A stretch of 64,000 bases of DNA, taken from Chrysomallon squamiferum (lineage: Eukaryota > Animalia > Mollusca). The position numbers and the translations under genes were made by a program. The DNA is taken from positions 2,790,001 through 2,854,000 of the forward strand of contig CM022676.1 of NCBI GenBank assembly GCA_012295275.1, given 5' to 3'. Under the pieces are notes generated by a model that worked only from the letters and a program-made list of their open reading frames with translations, was not told the origin of the DNA and made no database searches. Positions 58,090-64,000 of this stretch are shown piece after piece; position 1 is the stretch's first letter; every line of letters starts with the position of its first letter.

Positions 58090-58455
58090 TATTCTGTAAT
58101 AAACGCATCTATTGTGATAATAAAAATGTATCTGTCGTAGAAATAAAATTGTATCTATTGTGGTAATAAAGATGTATCTGTTCTGGTAAAAAAGATGTAT
58201 CTATTGTGGTAATGAAGATGTATCTATTGTGGTAATAAAGATGTATCTGTTCTGGTAATAAAGATGTATCTGTTCTGGTAATAAAGATGTATATATTGTG
58301 ATGACAAAGATGTATCTATTGTGGTAATAAAGATGTATCTGTTGTGGTAATGAAGATGTATCTCTTGTGGTAATAAAGATGGTTCTGTTGTGGTAACAAA
58401 AATATATTTGTTGTAATAATAAAGATGTTTATGTCCCGGTAATATAAACGTATCT
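58090..58455. repeat. 23-bp minisatellite (aataaagatgtatct[a/g]tt[g/c]tggt), about 15 copies
   Basis: Directly visible. Only 2-3 units occur at the paralogous site ~48685-48737. Confidence 0.9.
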
Positions 58456-58790
58456 AATGAGATAATAACAGAGATAAGGTTCATCTGACCCAGGGTTAGA
58501 TTCCACCACCTGAACTGTAGGGGACAGGTTATTACCAAAGGATTCCGCTCTACCCTCGGGGCCGAAGGGGATTGGTTCAGCCCACCTACGAATTTCGCCG
58601 AGGAGGCTGGTTTAATTAGGGCAAATACAGTTTGTGAAGCTTGGCTCTTAGCCACTCTCTGATTTAAACGCCAGGACGATGTTTAGGCAGCCAATAATGT
58701 GTACCAGGTTGTCACTGACGAGCCACATACTCTAAGATGAGGGCAGTCAGTATATCTCCAGGGGGTCCTTCAGTATTAGTTTTAGTCAGC
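58440..58790 (-). repeat. Inverted copy of the 49480-49880 element
   Basis: Reverse-complement similarity; the ORF-track peptides KASQTVPALIKPA (49549+) and QASQTVFALIKPA (58655-) reflect the same DNA. Confidence 0.7.
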
Positions 58791-58887
58791 ATTAATAATT
58801 GGTTTGTAATCATTAATTTCATCTGTTTTTCTTATTACAATATACAAAACAATGGTTAAATGTATAATACACTAAAGAAAATATTCC

Positions 58888-59208
58888 ATGTTTATAAATG
58901 AAGCTGTGCACGGTAGAACTGGAGCTGAACCCACACCGCGTGTAGTACAGACAGACTTTGAGGTGGCTGCTATCCAAGCTGCTCAAGAGATGTACCCAGA
59001 CGCCGAGATCAGAGGATGTTTTAATCAAACTGTGTGGAGGAAAGTCTCAGAGAAAGACCTTGCAGTCGAGTACAGGATCAAACCTGATCTACTCCGCCAT
59101 GTTCGTAGAGCCGCTGTCTTGTCACTACCCTTATTCAACCAAGTGCAGGACGTCGTGAACGACAGATACGTCCTTCCAAATCCGAAAAGCTCACCGCAGC
59201 CTGTTTGA
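58888..59208 (+). mobile_element. Mutator-like (MULE) transposase fragment
   Basis: PRVVQTDFEVAAIQAAQEMYPDAEIRGCF-NQTVWRKV..DL..EY matches the MULE DDE-region signature DFE.A...A....FP...I.GC.FH..Q..WR. The His of CxxH is deleted and the ORF is truncated at both ends. Confidence 0.85.
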
Positions 59209-59221
59209 GTTCGTCACAAAC

Positions 59222-59325
<104 letters not shown>

Positions 59326-59589
59326 ACATATGTCTATTTAAGTCACTTGTCTTTATTACGTAGGTATAAATATATTTGATATTTACTGTCTGCTGAAATT
59401 CAGTTATCTAAATTATCCGTTACATCTATGATCGTGTATGTGTCTGACTCATTATCGGATAAGTATATAATATTAGCCTTCAAAAATGTATCCATGCATC
59501 ATGATCAAATTGCAGCATTTATGTTTAACCAATGGCTTCTTTCATACCTTTATCAGGCACCTTCGACTTGAACAGTTATAGTCACGTGA

Positions 59590-59685
59590 ATCACAGTCAC
59601 CACATGACAACATCGCAGTCCAAGTCTTCGAACTCGCGACCTTTCAGTTAAACGTCCAGCGATAGAACAACTGCACAATCACGAG
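59590..59685 (-). mobile_element. tRNA-derived SINE head (second copy)
   Basis: Matches 40975-41070 (tcgaactcgcgacctttcagtta.acgtccagcgata). Confidence 0.55.
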
Positions 59686-59776
59686 AAAAATAACGTATTT
59701 GTATTTGAGTTGTTAAATACAAACAATGAGTAACTGTTATGTACTTTTTATTTCATTTTATTTATTTATAGAATTA

Positions 59777-59836
<60 letters not shown>

Positions 59837-60294
59837 GCCAAATGAAAATGAAACAACAACAAAAACTATTAAGAAGAGTAAATAAAACTGAATAAACCAC
59901 TACAATTACTACAACAACAACTACTAAAACTACTGCTACTACTAGTACTACTAATAAGTAATATTGCAATAATAACGGTCGGGGGGGTGAGAACAAGAAA
60001 ACAATAGAAAAACCAAAATAAAAACAACAACAACAACAGAAAAACAACGATTAATATCACCTAAATAAACTGTCAGTACTTATTATTATTATGAAAGCTC
60101 ACTGTAAATATTATGCTCAATATAGATTTTTAATTTCATTACCGAAAACGTAACACAATTTTGTGAAACGCGTATTAATACTTTTACGATCGATGTATAA
60201 GAGTTATCTTCCTTGAACCAAGTAGCTCATTAAAAGCAGGTCAGAATCCGAGTGAATACTTTCAGAAACAAAAATTCTCAACTACATTAATAAT

Positions 60295-60970
60295 TAGGTG
60301 AAATCTACGTATACTGAAACCCACAACTTGTGACCTTCATTGCTCAGTTCAGACGGAATCAACGAACATCAAACTAATCGTATTTGATAGAGTTTAGAGA
60401 GCCCAAGACACTCGTTAACCAAACAAAGTTTAACTTAGGAACTCCAAGTTTTATCGACAATATAGGTCACCCGTGACTTATTCTGAACCCTATCAGTTCT
60501 TATATGGATATAAGGACAAAGTGGTTCAATATAGGGAATTCCGAGTATCCTTTGTACATTCCATTTACAATACATTATCTTTCTAAATGAGACTGCTGCA
60601 AGATAAAATTATAAAAATAAAAAGGAAGGAAGGAATAAAAATAGGATGTTCATTGGGTCAGTTATGTTGTCCACATCGTCATTTAAACTCATCGACATCT
60701 TTGATCACAGCATGTCTGACTGTGTCAACTCGGAAGTCAACTGTGACGAGGAGTTCTGTTGTATCTGAACTTTCCACTTCAAATCTGGCTACAGCTGCAC
60801 AATCAGCATTTAACCACACGTTTGGGTTGAAGGGCAAAATGCCTCAACATTTCGTATGTGATTCAATATAAGAACGGCGTGGTTGTTCAATACAGGGGAC
60901 TAGACAATGAAAATACCCGAATGTAGTTTTTCTGACGCGGCGTGAAATTCAACGTTTTTCGATCATCATA
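60295..60970 (-). mobile_element. pogo/Tigger-like transposase relic, second copy
   Basis: Matches 28400-28520 and 28835-29060; minus-strand GILPFNPNVWLNADCAAVA at ~60845-60790. Confidence 0.45.
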
Positions 60971-61009
60971 TGCAAACACTATGACGTGAAATTCAACTTT
61001 TTTCAAAGA

Positions 61010-62106
61010 AATCTTTGTTATGTGTTGAATGTATGCAATTTATATTGGATGTATATGTAATGAATATAGGGCTGAATTACGCTTTAGATAATGAATATAT
61101 GCGAAACAATAACTAAATGTTCCTAATTTGAAATTATAAAGTTTACACCAAATCCACTGCATCAGCAAACAAAACTGTGAAGCTGACATCCAGTTCAGCT
61201 GAAATATCATTCAGAGCTTCAGAGCGTACACAGATGCAGATATCAGTTTTATTTATTTATTGTATTTCTTTTATTAGCAACTGGGAAAACCCCCATAATC
61301 CGCACGTAGAGTAAAGAATGTGAGAGATCGAGATTGTCACGTAGTACAGTGACCTAGTAACAATTATTATCAAACTTAATTTCCAGAAAGTTCTATATAT
61401 AAGCCCACATCTAAATAAACTCTCGATTAAAACATGGCGGATGTGAGAATTATTCTGGACATAAATATTTAATTTCAATAGCAAGAAAAATAATGTCGAA
61501 GATTTTTTAATACTTTAATAATCAATGTTTATATAAGAGTTGTCTTCCCTGAAACACCTAGATCACAAAAAGCAGGTCAAAGTTCGAATGGATAACTTTT
61601 AAAAGTAAATATTCTTAATTATCTTAATAATTATCTCAGTCAAAAAGTAATTCTTTTATTTAGTTTTCATAAAATAAAATTAGGAATAAATTAAGATGAT
61701 AACTACTGCTTATCTTTATTTCTAAAAGAGTTAATTTGAAATTGAAAGTAGTATTTATTGCTTTCTTTTCCTTGAAAAAGTCAGATATTTACTAGGAAGT
61801 AACTTAAATACAGGACACACTGCTGAAGGTGACGTTTCTAGAAGGTAAGTTTTTCTTTTCGTTAGAAACAAAGATTTTTCTTATTACTGATTTTTCTGTA
61901 GATATATTTTGAAACCTGATTATCCATTTGAAACAAATACAGTGAAATATTGGTTATTTGTTGAAGGTTTGCTGTGTGTTTTGGATGTATACATAAAGAA
62001 TAGAAATATCTGTAAACGATTTTACCACGTAGCACTGTGACCTAGTTAACAATGTTATCAAACTTTACCTTCGAGAATATTCGCCGCTAAGATATCAGAA
62101 AACAAG

Positions 62107-62154
<48 letters not shown>

Positions 62155-63318
62155 TAGTAGTAATTATAAAATAAAATAAAATAAAATAAAACTCAGGAAA
62201 AAAAAAATCGAAAAAGAGCCCCATTCCCCACCAAAAGAAAAGAAACAAACGAAGAAACGAACCAAAAATAAAAAAAATAAAAGAAGAACGTAATAAAAAG
62301 AAAAGAAATTAGAGGGTTGAAAAAACGTAATACAAAATAATAAGCCAAAAATCACTTGAATAAACTGTCAGGTATAACATGGTGGACGGAGGATAAATAT
62401 TGATATTTAATGTTATTACCAAAAAAAATAATTTCGTCAAATGCTTCTTCATGGTTTAAGGATCAGTGTATAAGTGTTATCTCCCTGAAACTCCTCATTG
62501 TTAGAGTGGATAACGTTTAAAAAATAAATCACTATATCAATGGTAAAGTGATTTTTAATTCAGTTTTCATAAAATAAAATTAGGAATATATTAAGAAGAT
62601 AACTACTACTTACTATTGTATTTAAATGTGTAAATTTAAAATTGAAATTATTAACTATTTTGTTTTGTTTTCATGGAAACATAAGTTTACTAGGAAGTAA
62701 TTTACATATAGAACACATTGCTAAAGGTGACGTTTCTAGAAGGGGTAAGTTATTATTTTTGTTAAAAACAGTTATTATTATTATTCGTGATTTTTATGTA
62801 GATACATTTCTAAACATAATTGTTTATTTATAACAAATACACTGAAATCTTCGTTATGTGTTGAATGTATGCAATGTATATTGGATGTATATGTAACGAA
62901 GGAGCGGATTAGTCTTTAGATAATGAAGATTTGCGAAATAATAACTAAATATCCGTAGTTTCAAATTATAAAGATTACACTGTAAACTTTACAGTATTTG
63001 TCTGTTCACAGTTATTCGCTTTGCTCTCTTCCATTCTTTGTCGCCATATCCACTTCGTCAGTAAATCAAACTGTGAAGCTGACATCTAGTTCAGCTAAAA
63101 TATTATTCAGTACTTCAGAGTGTACACAGAAGTTGATATCAGTTTATCAATTTTATTTCATTTATTAGCAACTTGGAAACCCTGCATAATCCGCCCCTCG
63201 AATAAAGAATGTATGTGATAGACTTCGTCACGTAGTCCAGTGACCTAGTTAACAATGTTATCAAACTTTACCTTCGAGAATGTTCGGCGCTTCGACATGC
63301 GAAAAACAATTTAGATAA

Positions 63319-63366
<48 letters not shown>

Positions 63367-63378
63367 TAATAATGATAC

Positions 63379-63424
<46 letters not shown>

Positions 63425-64000
63425 CTACGGTACGACAACAATAACAGCAATAAACAAATAAAAAAACGGATTAATTAAACTGACAAATATAAATGGTACA
63501 TTTGAGTATTACGCTGAAAATAAATATTTAATTTTATTACCCACAAAATAATTTTCTGAAAAATAATTATTAACGATGCAACGACTGATGCTACTCTAAA
63601 AGTTTTCTACTCAGATAAAACGCAGGTCAAAGTTCGAGTGGAAAACTTTTTAAAAATAAAAATACTTAAATGCATTAATAATTATTTCAACACTGGTGAA
63701 GGTGACTTTTGTAGAAGGTAAGTTTCTTTGTGTTAGATTTTTCTTATTACTTTATTTCTGTAGATACATTTGGAAACCTAATACTCTATTTAAGACAGTG
63801 AAATATTGGTTATTTGTTGAACTATGTAGTATGTTTTGGATGTATATATAAAGAATGCAGAATTTATGTAATGAATTTTGTCACGTAGTACAGTGACCTC
63901 TTTAACAGTGATTGTCAAAATTTACCTCCGAGAAAGTAGTAGTAGTAGTAGTAATAGTAATAGTAATGGTAATAGTAATAGTAATAATAATAAGAAGAAG
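61010..64000 (+). repeat. Repeat family B array; mosaic duplicate of 51790-52680 and 31700-33900
   Basis: 61250-62140 matches 51790-52680, and 62150-64000 matches 31700-33900 (aaagagccccattccccaccaaaag at ~31760 and ~62213; aatttacctccgagaaagt at ~33828 and ~63919). Confidence 0.88.

Noticed and set aside
58224-58655. 143-aa minus-strand ORF
   Set aside because: Composed of the inverted 400-bp element plus the 23-bp minisatellite; the frame is not preserved in the paralogous copy.
58710-58750. Hammerhead-like CTGACGA core (also at ~29020)
   Set aside because: At 58715 no GAAA follows the candidate stem II; at 29020 there is no stem II. Neither core is conserved in the paralogous copy.

Overview
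AT-rich, microsatellite-dense eukaryotic DNA from an invertebrate animal (probably a mollusc; inferred from the EGF/ShKT exon style and the repeat landscape), with one 200-N gap at 19483-19682. The dominant feature is a tandem cluster of six paralogous BTB/POZ-BACK-PHR-like genes (BTBD1/2/3/6 architecture, putative Cullin-3 substrate adaptors). Two are intact (37206-38976, 53437-55474), one keeps an open frame but has lost its splice acceptor and carries a 5 x 16-aa repeat insertion (43607-45541), and three are pseudogenes (5633-7702 minus, 24731-25364, 25988-27619). BTB/BACK is almost invariant, while variation concentrates in three loops of the C-terminal domain and in the N-terminal tail, which suggests a birth-and-death family of diversifying recognition adaptors. 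On the minus strand (16683-19322) lies the 3' part of a cysteine-rich EGF(n)-ShKT(2) gene in which one 93-nt phase-1 EGF exon is tandemly amplified five times. The rest is a ~500/~415-bp higher-order satellite (1-1137 and, inverted, 19683-24724), a second tandem-prone AT-rich repeat family, MULE and pogo-like transposase relics, tRNA-derived SINE heads, a decayed collagen exon and simple repeats. All calls come from reading the sequence by eye; no database search was run.
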